Assembly: GCA_016839705.1 (NCBI GenBank)
Contig: JAEOTR010000046.1
Location: forward strand, 41,770-105,769
DNA length: 64,000 nucleotides
Source: Promethearchaeota archaeon
Lineage (GTDB): Archaea > Asgardarchaeota > Lokiarchaeia > Sigyniarchaeales > SOKP01
Direction of reading: 5' to 3'
The notes beneath the pieces were generated by a model. The model made no database searches, was not told the DNA's origin, and saw nothing but the letters and a program-made list of their open reading frames with translations. A program made the position numbers and the translations under genes. Of this stretch, positions 10,440 to 20,796 are shown in pieces (positions within the stretch are counted from its first letter, which is position 1; every line of letters begins with the position of its first letter).

Positions 10440-11027
10440 TTATATTATTCTTGCTAAGTTATACCCTTTTTCTATTAGTTCAAAATTAAATGTTCCTATT
10501 TTCTCACCCAAACGTTTTAAAACCACAGTTTTCAAAAAATCAAGTTTTAATTCTGGTAACCCTTTTGACAGTAATCCTAAGATTGGTGTATTTAAAACAG
10601 GATTCCCATCAATGGTTAAATTTTTATCGAGTGCCAATTTGCTAATATCCGCAACAATTACTTTTGTTTTTTTACTCAATTTATATCTATTCACAAAATA
10701 TTCAGGTTCTCTTTCAGAGTTAATAATAAAGACACCATCTTGTTGAAGAGAAGACACCATTTCTTGGTTTAAAACCGTTTCGTCAAATATCATTAAAATA
10801 TTAGGATATTCTATTTGTGCTCTATCCCAGATTGTGTTTACTCGAGAAAGCTTTGCATATGCTTGAACGGGAGCACCTCTCCTTTCGGCTCCAAATGAAG
10901 GATATGCATGAACATCAGCAAATTTTCCACTTAAATATGCAGCTTCGGCAATTAACTCTGCGCATGTAACTACGCCTTGTCCTCCTCGTCCATTAATTAT
11001 AATTTCTATAATATCAGATCCATTCAT
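10440..11027 (-). CDS. porG: 2-oxoacid:ferredoxin oxidoreductase gamma subunit
   Basis: GRGGQGVVT, PSFGAERRGAPV, NTPILG. Confidence 0.92.
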   Translation of the reverse strand: MNGSDIIEIIINGRGGQGVVTCAELIAEAAYLSGKFADVHAYPSFGAERRGAPVQAYAKLSRVNTIWDRAQIEYPNILMIFDETVLNQEMVSSLQQDGVFIINSEREPEYFVNRYKLSKKTKVIVADISKLALDKNLTIDGNPVLNTPILGLLSKGLPELKLDFLKTVVLKRLGEKIGTFNFELIEKGYNLARII

Positions 11028-11215
11028 CTGTAATGATTATAAATATTGCTTTAAGTTACTTATTAAGAAGTTTATCGAATAATTTAAAATTTGTATATTA
11101 GAATCCCTTATGAAAATAAAACTATAGAACAACAAAAGGTAATAATAATAAGAAGGGTAGGATATTATAAATTATTAAAAATCGGACTTCTATAATTAGC
11201 TGAAGTGATAATATC

Positions 11216-12064
11216 ATGAAAAATCAAACTGGGTACTTCGAAGGAAGAGAATTAACAAAACTATTCTATCAATATTGGTCTCCAGACGCAGGAGAAATTA
11301 AGGCTTATATAATTGGGATTCATGGTTGGGGCACTCATTCTGACAGATTGATACTCCCCGCCGAATATTTAACAGATAAAGGATATGCAGTTTATGCTTT
11401 TGATTTAAGAGGACATTACCGGAATAGTGGGGACACTCCGGGACACATTGAAAGTATAGATCATATCCAAAAAGATATCGTTCTCTTTATGGATGTGGTT
11501 CGTAATATCGCAAATGATAAGAAAATATTCTTGATTGGTCATTCTTTTGGTGGATTGATGAGTTTAATGTATGCTATTAATCACCCCGCATTATCAGGTG
11601 CATTGGTATCTTCTCCATTATTAGGTATGTTCATGAAATTGTCAATGGGTAAGAAAGTTATCAAATCAATATCAAAAAATATCGTTAAACTGGCACCTAA
11701 TAAAATTTTAAATAATATAATTGATCAAAATCAATTGACAAGCGATTTAAAAATATTGAGAAAGCACATTGCTGATAAAAATAAAATTGATATTATCTCG
11801 GCGAAATCAGCTACAGAAATTGATAAATATACAAAATGGGTAATGGAAAATGCTTCAAATTTGATTTGTCCTGTATTGATAATGCAAGCGGGAAATGATA
11901 AAATAGTTGATAAAACGAAACCAAAACAATTCTTTGAGATAGTAAAGAGTAAAGATAAAAGTTATAAAGAATATGATGGATTTCTACATGAGCTATGGAA
12001 TGAAAAAGGAAGGGCTCAGGTGTTTCAAGATATGTTTATATGGCTTGAAAAGCATATAAAATAA
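11216..12064 (+). CDS. Alpha/beta hydrolase (lysophospholipase/monoacylglycerol lipase family)
   Basis: IHGWG, DLRGH, GHSFGG nucleophile elbow, HELWNE. Confidence 0.9.
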   Translation: MKNQTGYFEGRELTKLFYQYWSPDAGEIKAYIIGIHGWGTHSDRLILPAEYLTDKGYAVYAFDLRGHYRNSGDTPGHIESIDHIQKDIVLFMDVVRNIANDKKIFLIGHSFGGLMSLMYAINHPALSGALVSSPLLGMFMKLSMGKKVIKSISKNIVKLAPNKILNNIIDQNQLTSDLKILRKHIADKNKIDIISAKSATEIDKYTKWVMENASNLICPVLIMQAGNDKIVDKTKPKQFFEIVKSKDKSYKEYDGFLHELWNEKGRAQVFQDMFIWLEKHIK

Positions 12065-12223
12065 ATTTCATCTAGTTTTAACATTTTGGGAGTCCCTCAA
12101 GAATAATAAAAAACCTCCCCATCTTCATTATTATTGTTATTAAAAAATTAACAAATACAATTAATATAAAATCACGGTTATAATTGATTATAACAATCAC
12201 CTTAACTCTCAAATAATTTAATC

Positions 12224-15109
12224 ATGGAGGAAATAGACGAAAGGAAACTCACTCCTATGTTAAAACATTGGTATTCTATTCGTAAGAGGTATCCTTCATC
12301 TCAGTTGATTGCTTATAGGATGGGGGACTTTTTCGAGTTCTTCTATGATGACGCTGAAAGAATTTCAAAGTTATTAGGGATAACATTAACGAAAAGAGGA
12401 GATGTTCCTCTTGCCGGTATTCCACATCATTCAGCTAAAAACTATTTCAACAACCTTATGAATCTTGGTCAAACATTAGTGATTGTTGACCAACTGGAAG
12501 ATCCAGCAACTGTGAAAGGGAGAATAGTAAAACGTGGCGTTACTCGAATCCTATCACCTGGTACGGTAACTGAACCTACTCTGCTAAATGCTAATGAAAA
12601 TAATTACATTGCGTCTATAGTAAAGCAGAGGAAAGGTTTTGGAGTCGCATTTACAGATATTTCTACAGGAGAGTTTGTAACTACTGAATTTTCCTCTAAA
12701 TTGGAAGATGCTCAAGAAAAATTGCTAAGTGTTTTTTCTCAATATGATCCTGTCGAATTAATTATTCCTCCCGAACTTAAACAAGATGAGAGATTTTTTA
12801 TTATATTGACAGATTTAACAGGTGCAATTATTAAAACATATCAAGAATACGTTTTTGATTATGACGAAGCATACAACTTAATAACACGCCATTTTAAAAT
12901 TGTTAATTTGGAATCATTTGGATTAGAAAGTTTAGAGATGGCTGTTCAAGCAACTGGTGGCCTATTAGCTTTTTTAAAAGAAACCCAAAGAGATGTTATT
13001 CCAAATATTTTTAAAATTAGTGTAATTCAAGAGAAAGAAATTTTGCATTTAGATTATATTACTCAAAGGAATTTAGAGTTAATACATTCGTTATGGGATA
13101 AAGGGAAGGATGCTACTTTATATTCAGTGTTTAATCAGACCCATACCCCAATGGGTGCCCGATTATTAAAAAAATTTATATTGCAGCCTTTAGTAAAAAT
13201 CGAACAGATAAACAACAGACTCAACATCGTTCAAAAATTTAAGGATGATATTTTCTTAAGATCTGATTTGAGGGAGGAGTTAAGAATTATAGGGGATCTT
13301 GAAAGATATATTAACAAATTAAATTATATTGGTCGCACAAATGCTCGGGATCTCATAAATATTAGAAATTCTCTGGAAAAAATCCCAAAAATTAGAGAAT
13401 TGCTAATAAAAGCAGATATTTCAGAAATTTCACAATTTATCAAGAAAATCAAGCCATTTGACGGAATAAAGGCCCTAATAGGGAATTCAATAAAAGAAAA
13501 CCCTCCGATTAATATAAAAGAGGGTAATATTATTAAAGATGGCTATGATAAGAAAGTAGATGAACTCAGAGATATGCTCTATAACGGAAAGAAATATGTG
13601 TTAGAATATGAACAAGAACAGAAGAAGAGGTGGAAGTTAAGCTCAGGATTAAAAGTTAGTCATAATAACATTCTTGGATATTATATCGAAATAACTCTAA
13701 GAACTATAACATCAATCCCAAAATTACCTGAGGAATACATAGAGCGCGCAACTTTAAAGAATGCAAAAAGATACACTACGAAAAAATTGAAAGAACTTGA
13801 AGAAAAAATAGTTAATGCTGAAGATCAAATCAATAGTTTAGAATATGAAATATTCAGTAAAATTAGAGAGACAGTGGAAAAAGAAACTGAAGATATTCTA
13901 GAAACCGCGCAAAATATTGCCGTTATCGACGTTTTAACGAGTTTTGCCGAAATAGCTGAAAAATATGATTATTGTAGGCCTATAGTTACAGATAATTCTA
14001 AAATAATAATAAAAGAGGGGAGACATCCAGTGGTAGAACAAATCAATATAACCGACAAGTTCATTCCAAACGATTGCTATTTAGACAATGAAACAGATCA
14101 GCTGTTAATAATTACCGGCCCGAATATGGCCGGAAAAAGTACTTTTCTTAGACAAGTAGCTTTAATTTGTCTTATCGCGCAGATGGGATCCTTTGTTCCT
14201 GCTAAATCCGCTACTATAGGTGTGGTGGATCAAATCTTTACGCGTATAGGTGCTTCAGACGATCTTGCTCGTAAATTGAGCACTTTTATGATTGAAATGA
14301 CAGAAACTGCGAAAATCCTTCATTATGCAACTTCGAAAAGTCTTATTATAATTGATGAATTAGGACGGGGAACGAGTACAAGTGATGGTCAAAGCATCGC
14401 AATGGCTACTTTAGAGAAACTAAATAAATTAAAGGTAAAAACTCTTTTCAGCACTCATTACCATCAATTAACAGAGATAAACCTACCAGGAGTGAAAAAT
14501 TATCATTTAGATATCATTGAAAATGATGATGGGACTATAAATTTTGTTAGAAAATTAAAACCTGGGTCTACTGATAAATCATATGGTATTCACGTAGCAA
14601 AATTAGCAGGGATCCCTGATGAAGTTATTATCAGAGCCTTTGAAATTCTTGAACAAATAGAACAAAACGATCCTTTTAGAACGATGGTTAGAGAAAATGG
14701 GAATATGATTTCATCTGACATGCATTATGATAAGATTTTGAATGGAAAGAAAACAGAACTGGAAAGATTAAATCAAGAATTAAAATCTATAAAAGAGAAA
14801 TTAACCGATTACGGTGACGATCTAGGAAGAAAGGAAAAAGAATTAGAAAAAAGAAGTGCTGAGATTAAGGAATCGGAGTTAAAAATAAAAGAGTTTAAAG
14901 CTAAAGCTTCTCAAACTCATACATTGAGAAAAAAAAAGTATGTGCAAACAAGTCTATTTGAACCTGTGGAAAAGAAAGCAGAACTATTCGATGAGGATTT
15001 ACAGACATTAGTAGACTATTTCAAAAAATTTGATATCGATACTTTAACCCCAAATGATTTGAAACAAAAATTAATTGAACTTAAAAAGAAAATCGAAAAT
15101 TATAGTTAA
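12224..15109 (+). CDS. mutS: DNA mismatch repair protein MutS (MutS1)
   Basis: MGDFFEFF mismatch-binding motif, TGPNMAGKST, DELGRGT, SYGIHVAKLAG. Confidence 0.96.
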   Translation: MEEIDERKLTPMLKHWYSIRKRYPSSQLIAYRMGDFFEFFYDDAERISKLLGITLTKRGDVPLAGIPHHSAKNYFNNLMNLGQTLVIVDQLEDPATVKGRIVKRGVTRILSPGTVTEPTLLNANENNYIASIVKQRKGFGVAFTDISTGEFVTTEFSSKLEDAQEKLLSVFSQYDPVELIIPPELKQDERFFIILTDLTGAIIKTYQEYVFDYDEAYNLITRHFKIVNLESFGLESLEMAVQATGGLLAFLKETQRDVIPNIFKISVIQEKEILHLDYITQRNLELIHSLWDKGKDATLYSVFNQTHTPMGARLLKKFILQPLVKIEQINNRLNIVQKFKDDIFLRSDLREELRIIGDLERYINKLNYIGRTNARDLINIRNSLEKIPKIRELLIKADISEISQFIKKIKPFDGIKALIGNSIKENPPINIKEGNIIKDGYDKKVDELRDMLYNGKKYVLEYEQEQKKRWKLSSGLKVSHNNILGYYIEITLRTITSIPKLPEEYIERATLKNAKRYTTKKLKELEEKIVNAEDQINSLEYEIFSKIRETVEKETEDILETAQNIAVIDVLTSFAEIAEKYDYCRPIVTDNSKIIIKEGRHPVVEQINITDKFIPNDCYLDNETDQLLIITGPNMAGKSTFLRQVALICLIAQMGSFVPAKSATIGVVDQIFTRIGASDDLARKLSTFMIEMTETAKILHYATSKSLIIIDELGRGTSTSDGQSIAMATLEKLNKLKVKTLFSTHYHQLTEINLPGVKNYHLDIIENDDGTINFVRKLKPGSTDKSYGIHVAKLAGIPDEVIIRAFEILEQIEQNDPFRTMVRENGNMISSDMHYDKILNGKKTELERLNQELKSIKEKLTDYGDDLGRKEKELEKRSAEIKESELKIKEFKAKASQTHTLRKKKYVQTSLFEPVEKKAELFDEDLQTLVDYFKKFDIDTLTPNDLKQKLIELKKKIENYS

Positions 15110-16017
15110 GCTAAAACTACAGGTATTATAAATACAATCGTGGTTAGATATATATAATAAACAGTTATTATCGATACTAGAATTATTCGATATAAATTCT
15201 TCCTCTCCTCATTTCTAATATTTTCCATAAATATAATTAACAACAATCCAATAAACATTAGATGGGAAGGTTGTAACGCTTTCCAAATTATCGAATCGAT
15301 TATTAAAAGACCCTGTATTTCACCATCACTATATCCCCAATTAGTAATCATTTGGAGGAAATAATCAGGAAAAATCATATACGGAATGAATATAATTGCA
15401 AACGGAATTAAAAAATAGAACAGATCTTTCCACTTAATTTTCCTTGCTATTAATAAAACTGGAATGAAAACTATCGCTGTTATTTTAAAAGTTGCTAGTG
15501 TAAAGAGAATACCTGCAAACCATTTTTGATCTCTTTCTAGATATACAAAAGAATAAAATAATAAGAAGGCAATAAGAAAATTAACGTTGTTGTAATAAGC
15601 GTCGATACTATAACCCACGATACCTAAAATATAAAAAATTAGTAAATCTTTTTTATTTTTAAACATTTTAGGTGATTCTCGTATTATTAGGATAGTTAAA
15701 GCCAATCTTAACACATCCCAAACATACACACTAACTAAACCCCCAGATGGAATAATTTTTATCGGTAAAAAGAGGAAATACCAGAAGTAAAGATAATAGG
15801 GAGGCCAATCAGATATTGATACATCATCATAAAAATTAACTAAACCGTTGTCCATACCTTCGAGCAAGATTTTAAAATCAATATCTTTAGTTTCCTTTAT
15901 CCATGTTGAGATGTCAAAAAAATATAAGAATATCCTCAGAATTACAAAAGAAATTGTTATTATTGCTAAGATGTACATAACATATTTCTGAATCGGAATT
16001 TCTCTTTCATTATTCAT
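15106..16017 (-). CDS. Polytopic membrane protein, GT-C/GT87 (DUF2029)-like glycosyltransferase
   Basis: About 8 TM segments, lumenal DF motif, PPYY, NNVN, ATFK pattern. Confidence 0.55.
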   Translation of the reverse strand: MNNEREIPIQKYVMYILAIITISFVILRIFLYFFDISTWIKETKDIDFKILLEGMDNGLVNFYDDVSISDWPPYYLYFWYFLFLPIKIIPSGGLVSVYVWDVLRLALTILIIRESPKMFKNKKDLLIFYILGIVGYSIDAYYNNVNFLIAFLLFYSFVYLERDQKWFAGILFTLATFKITAIVFIPVLLIARKIKWKDLFYFLIPFAIIFIPYMIFPDYFLQMITNWGYSDGEIQGLLIIDSIIWKALQPSHLMFIGLLLIIFMENIRNEERKNLYRIILVSIITVYYIYLTTIVFIIPVVLA

Positions 16018-16227
16018 AGCAGTATAGCTAAATCATGTGTTCCGTTCTATTAAAATTACTTTGATATATTAAACCAGATTTAAAAGCCTTACTTATAGAA
16101 AAATCATTATTTGGATTTATTTAAACCTTAATAGAGTATTATTTTATATTTGATGGCATTTGGAAATATAGTAACTTAATAGAATATTAATTTCTTAGGA
16201 ATAAAATGCATAAATGCGGGTAATATC

Positions 16228-18090
16228 GTGACGGAGAGGAAAATCAGAAAAATATTAGATGCTGAAAAGATAGCTGCGGGAGAAGTAGTTGAAAGACCAG
16301 CTAATATCGTAAAAGAGCTTATTGAAAATAGTATAGATGCGGGGGCTAAAGAAATTAGAGTGCTTATAAAGAATGCGGGGAAGACTTTAATACACGTAAT
16401 TGATGATGGTACCGGCATCTCATCTGAGGATATAGAAATAGCGTTTGAGAGACATACGAGTAGTAAAATAAGTAATATTGAAGATCTTGATACTCTTTCC
16501 ACTCTGGGGTTTAGGGGTGAAGCCCTCGCCAGTATTGCAGCAGTGAGTCAAGTTGAAATTATTTCACGGTCAAAAGAGAATGAAAGAGGAGTGCATTTAA
16601 CTATAGAAGGAGGAAAAGTAAAAGAAAGAAAGGAAATCTCTTGCCAAGTCGGAACAGATATTAAAGTCAAAAATATATTCTACAATATCCCTGCTAGACA
16701 GAAATTTCTTAAAAAAGATTCGACTGAACTTAGTCACATTACAGATTTTATCCAGAGATACTCATTGTCGTTCCCTGAACTTCATTTCATTTACCGTCAT
16801 AATGAGTTAGATATTTTGAACTGCCCTGCAAAGAATGACTTAAAAACAACAGTATTTCATATATATGGGAAAAATATTGCGAAATTTATGGAACCTATTA
16901 ATTACGCAGAAAAGGACTCTCTTATTAAAATTAAAGGATTATTAGGACATCCACAGATTTCTAAAAAAAATAGGAACTATTCAAGTTTATTCATTAATCG
17001 TCGTTATATTATCAGTGACGTTTTGTTTAGGGCAATTAAAGAAGCATATGAAGGAACATTAATGATAAGTAAATACCCTTTTTTTGTGTTATTTCTAGAA
17101 ATTGATCCTTCAGTCGTAGATTTTAATGTACATCCGAAAAAACTTCACGTTAGATTTGAGAAAGAAGAAATTCTATATAATAGAATATACAATATAATTC
17201 GAAATTTTGTTGAAAATAACTTTATAAGAAAAGAAGCTAAATACATCTCCACTGAATTAGATCCTTACCTCCAAACTTATGAAGAAGAGTTAGATAAAGG
17301 CGTTAATAAAGTTGAGAGTATTAAGGTGGAAGGAAAAATAGCAAATGATGTAGTGGATATAACAAAACAAGAAATAGATAAGGCTCAAGACGGTGTCCAA
17401 TTAAACTTATTAGATCAGATTATACAAAAAAAGAACGCTTCTGAGTCTTATATAAGAGGAAAATATATCATTTCCAAAGATTTTCCGCGACTTCGTTTAA
17501 TTTCTTCTACTGGTCAATTAAGCAACAAGGTTTACATTATATTAGAAGGAATCAATGAAAATAATGAAGAAGGACTATTTATTTTGGATCAACATGCCGC
17601 AGCAGAACGAATTAAAAAAGAAAAATTCCTAAAGGATTATAAATCTGGGAAAGCAAGTAGACAAAAATTAATCCAGCCGTTTAGTATTGATGTTTCTCCT
17701 AGTGATAAAATATTTTTGGAGGATAATATAAACGAAATTAAAAAGCTTGGATTTGATTTTGAACATTTTGGCGGAAATTCCTTCATTTTAAGGGAAATCC
17801 CAACTATCATGAATAAGATTCCTAATATTCATATAATCAAAGAGATAATTAGCGATATCACGGAAATCGGAAAAGATAAAAGCTTTAAAGAAATTAAAGA
17901 AGAAATTATTAACTATTTGGCATGTCATAAAAGTATTAGAGGAGGAGATGATCTATCCTTAACTGACATTAGAAAGCTATTATTAGATTTAGCTGAATGT
18001 GAAGACTCTTATCATTGTGCTCACGGAAGACCGACATTAAGATTTATATCCTTTAAAGAACTAGATAAACTTTTTAAAAGAACTGGTTAA
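16228..18090 (+). CDS. mutL: DNA mismatch repair endonuclease MutL
   Basis: AAGEVVERP, GFRGEAL, DQHAAAERIKKE endonuclease motif, ACH, CAHGRP. Confidence 0.96.
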   Translation: MTERKIRKILDAEKIAAGEVVERPANIVKELIENSIDAGAKEIRVLIKNAGKTLIHVIDDGTGISSEDIEIAFERHTSSKISNIEDLDTLSTLGFRGEALASIAAVSQVEIISRSKENERGVHLTIEGGKVKERKEISCQVGTDIKVKNIFYNIPARQKFLKKDSTELSHITDFIQRYSLSFPELHFIYRHNELDILNCPAKNDLKTTVFHIYGKNIAKFMEPINYAEKDSLIKIKGLLGHPQISKKNRNYSSLFINRRYIISDVLFRAIKEAYEGTLMISKYPFFVLFLEIDPSVVDFNVHPKKLHVRFEKEEILYNRIYNIIRNFVENNFIRKEAKYISTELDPYLQTYEEELDKGVNKVESIKVEGKIANDVVDITKQEIDKAQDGVQLNLLDQIIQKKNASESYIRGKYIISKDFPRLRLISSTGQLSNKVYIILEGINENNEEGLFILDQHAAAERIKKEKFLKDYKSGKASRQKLIQPFSIDVSPSDKIFLEDNINEIKKLGFDFEHFGGNSFILREIPTIMNKIPNIHIIKEIISDITEIGKDKSFKEIKEEIINYLACHKSIRGGDDLSLTDIRKLLLDLAECEDSYHCAHGRPTLRFISFKELDKLFKRTG

Positions 18091-18123
18091 AAAATATATT
18101 TAACTATTTAAAAAACAAGGAAT

Positions 18124-18390
18124 TTATGCTTTTGAGAATGCTATAGCTTCAATACCTTGGATACCCTCAACTTTACCGAACAATTCTTCAAGCCTATCCG
18201 TACCGCCCCATTCTTCAGGATACCGTACGCGAACTCTCGCTTTTTTCAAGCCAAATGCAACAGGCATTATGTCATAGCGTTCAATAGCGCATGTATCAGG
18301 CAAAACTTTTGCTAAATTCCCTACAAATTCTTCAAAATCTACATCTGTTTCTTCTGGAACAACGTCGATTAATGCTATAAATTCTTTCAT
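18124..18390 (-). CDS. ef1b: Archaeal translation elongation factor 1-beta
   Basis: P-x4-D N-terminus, PVAFGLK, GGTD. Confidence 0.88.
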   Translation of the reverse strand: MKEFIALIDVVPEETDVDFEEFVGNLAKVLPDTCAIERYDIMPVAFGLKKARVRVRYPEEWGGTDRLEELFGKVEGIQGIEAIAFSKA

Positions 18391-18416
18391 TTATATTATA
18401 TCCTCTTAACAGTTCT

Positions 18417-18593
18417 TTAGGGGCCCTCAAAATCACATTTCAAGCAGCGAAAAGAGTTTCCTGATTCTCTACAGCGCTCACATCTCCAAATTGTGACATC
18501 TCCACATTGAGGACAAGGAAAGTGTACAGCTGATTCGTATGGTGTTATAGGACGACCACACCCGAAACAAATATTCTTCTTATAAGAGCTCAT
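18417..18593 (-). CDS. Small zinc-ribbon protein (HVO_2753/DUF1610 family), absent from the ORF track
   Basis: Manual translation MSSYKKNICFGCGRPITPYESAVHFPCPQCGDVTIWRCERCRESGNSFRCLKCDFEGP: four CxxC, typical FxCPxCG and FEGP end, usual position upstream of ef1b. Confidence 0.9.
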   Translation of the reverse strand: MSSYKKNICFGCGRPITPYESAVHFPCPQCGDVTIWRCERCRESGNSFRCLKCDFEGP

Positions 18594-18824
18594 GAAGTAA
18601 TCAAATATAACTTAAATTAACCTTGGATTTTAAAATATGTACTAACTTTAATTATTTTTGGTTTATAATACTAAAATAGACTAAGAAAGTTTTTTATGGT
18701 TAAAAATTTAAAATTTACTTAAATAGCATTAATGAAAATATTAATCAAAATTTAAATTAATCAATACTCTAGTTTGCATATAAATAAATACTTATTTTTA
18801 AATTTCCCATAGGAGAGAATTACG

Positions 18825-19355
18825 ATGCCAGAGAATAAAGTTAGAAAATATTTCTCACTAATAGAAGCATGGGCTTGGTGTGATATTTGTGAAGATATGA
18901 TAGCATTAAGATTAGATAAAGATGAGATTATTAGTGGATTAAAGATGGGCATTTATACGAAAGAGCACAAACATTATAATCTTTCCCCTGATCTGGAAGA
19001 TCCCGACGATGCTTCCGGACAAGAGCATACAATTTATATCTATATAAATGATAATTATGATATCACTGGAGTAAAATCATTTTTTGGGGAATCACCTACT
19101 ACAGAAGAAATCGGTGCTGAATCTTTAGAAGCAGGTGATGAAGTAAGAATTCCTGTTATTGTAAAAGATATATCGCCAATGGCCGTACAACTGGGAATGC
19201 TAACAAAAGAACAGTTCAAAGTACTTAAAATTTGTGATGGAATGAACACAATTGAACAAGTAGCCACAATTGCTCAAAGAAGCGTAGAAGATCTCGAAAA
19301 AATGATGGATCAACTCCGAAAAAAGGGATTAGTTCGAGTTATTAAAAGGACTTAA
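18825..19355 (+). CDS. Hypothetical protein: CxxC/His N-terminal domain plus C-terminal winged helix
   Basis: CDIC...HKH...H; VLKICDGMNTIEQVA...LRKKGLV. Confidence 0.6.
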   Translation: MPENKVRKYFSLIEAWAWCDICEDMIALRLDKDEIISGLKMGIYTKEHKHYNLSPDLEDPDDASGQEHTIYIYINDNYDITGVKSFFGESPTTEEIGAESLEAGDEVRIPVIVKDISPMAVQLGMLTKEQFKVLKICDGMNTIEQVATIAQRSVEDLEKMMDQLRKKGLVRVIKRT

Positions 19356-19394
19356 TGTTAAAACCTTCTCTGTTTTTAAAATTAAATGTGCTCT

Positions 19395-20531
19395 CTATCT
19401 AGTAATCATTAAATCTTCCAGTTCTTGTTTCATCTTCTTGATTTTTGGTTTTTCAAAATGTTTTCTTGCGGGGTTCAAGATATCAATGATTTTGCTTGAA
19501 ACGCTATTTTTTAAGTCAAGTGGGTGGATATTTTTGTTAAGATAAGCATCTTCCAATTCTTGATAAGTAAAAAATTCTAAGTCTCCCCCAAATTTTGTTG
19601 GTCTTTCGATTAGGAAATGAGAGTTATTTTCTCGAAAAATAATAAATTTCACCCAATCTAGAATTGGATTAAATAATACATTTCCCTCTGGGCAGAATGC
19701 AGAATTGATTTTTTCTTTAATTTCTTTGGGACTATCATGAATGAATACGGCAGAATCAGGTAATGATTTACTCATTTTCATTTGTGACCATAGTTCTTTT
19801 AATTGATCATCATCTTCTATAGGCCAAATTGGTGGTTTTTGCAAGCCTAAGATCAAATGATTGTGAATACAAATTGGCTTAATTTTCATACCCTTTGAAT
19901 TAAACAGATTATTCTTTTTCATTTTTAAAGCAACCTCTCGAGCAATCACATGAGCTTTCCTTTGATCATAACCAGCATGTGCGAAGTTTACGTTTTGGAT
20001 AAAAATATCTGCTACTTGCATGGCAGGATACAATAATTTTGCAAAATCAATATTTTCACCTTGTTTTTTTCCCATGATAGTAATGCTTCTTTGCATTCTG
20101 CTTAAAGTAGTGTTTTTACACACTTCGATAACAGTTTCCCAGTATTCATCATTATTATGATACAATTCTGATCCAAGAGAAAATTTTACTTTGTTAGAAT
20201 CAGCCCCAACACAAGACAAACCTGCTTTAAGCCCTTCTTTAAAATATCCAACAGCCATCTCTCTTATTTTTTCCATATCTCCCCCTAATTTATCATTAAT
20301 CCAACTGTGCCAATCTGCAAGAAATATGGAACAGTTAATTCCCGCATCAATAAAATCTTTGATTTTTCCCATACAAATAAGTCCTATACCTAAGTGTATT
20401 TTACCTGAGATTTCGAAGCCTATGTAGTGATTTAGGGGAACTCCGGTTTCTAGAAGATGGAGTAAATCACTTTCAGTTAATATTTCCTCAGTTCCTTGTT
20501 TTATTAAGCTAATTTTATCTTGGATATCCAT
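19395..20531 (-). CDS. tyrS: Tyrosyl-tRNA synthetase (archaeal/eukaryotic type)
   Basis: YIGFEISGKIHLG, ADWH, YPAMQVAD, GYDQRKAH, KMSKS, AFCP, HPLDLK. Confidence 0.96.
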   Translation of the reverse strand: MDIQDKISLIKQGTEEILTESDLLHLLETGVPLNHYIGFEISGKIHLGIGLICMGKIKDFIDAGINCSIFLADWHSWINDKLGGDMEKIREMAVGYFKEGLKAGLSCVGADSNKVKFSLGSELYHNNDEYWETVIEVCKNTTLSRMQRSITIMGKKQGENIDFAKLLYPAMQVADIFIQNVNFAHAGYDQRKAHVIAREVALKMKKNNLFNSKGMKIKPICIHNHLILGLQKPPIWPIEDDDQLKELWSQMKMSKSLPDSAVFIHDSPKEIKEKINSAFCPEGNVLFNPILDWVKFIIFRENNSHFLIERPTKFGGDLEFFTYQELEDAYLNKNIHPLDLKNSVSSKIIDILNPARKHFEKPKIKKMKQELEDLMITR

Positions 20532-20596
20532 GTGAAAATAAAATAAAATAAGGAATAATAATTTTGTTGAATATGATTTAAGGTAAATATTTCTGG
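20390..20596. repeat. Direct repeat copy 1: tyrS codons 1-47 plus upstream region
   Basis: Aligns with 27279-27486 at an offset of about 6889 bp. Confidence 0.9.
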
Positions 20597-20740
20597 TTAA
20601 TCAGAACCTTCAAATCACCAGCAATAATGAATATAATAAGGAAAGTAGTTTTATTACTGAAAGTAGTAAATATCAAAACTGAAGAATTTGAATGACACTT
20701 TCGCATTGATTTAAATATGATATACACTATTTTCTTTACA

Positions 20741-20759
20741 TAGATGTAAATTACATCTA
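20741..20759. promoter_or_regulatory. Perfect palindrome, candidate regulator site
   Basis: TAGATGTAA-A-TTACATCTA, about 40 bp upstream of the large surface-protein gene. Confidence 0.4.
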
Positions 20760-20796
20760 AAAGAATATCCTTTAAAACAATACAAGGGATTTTGGG

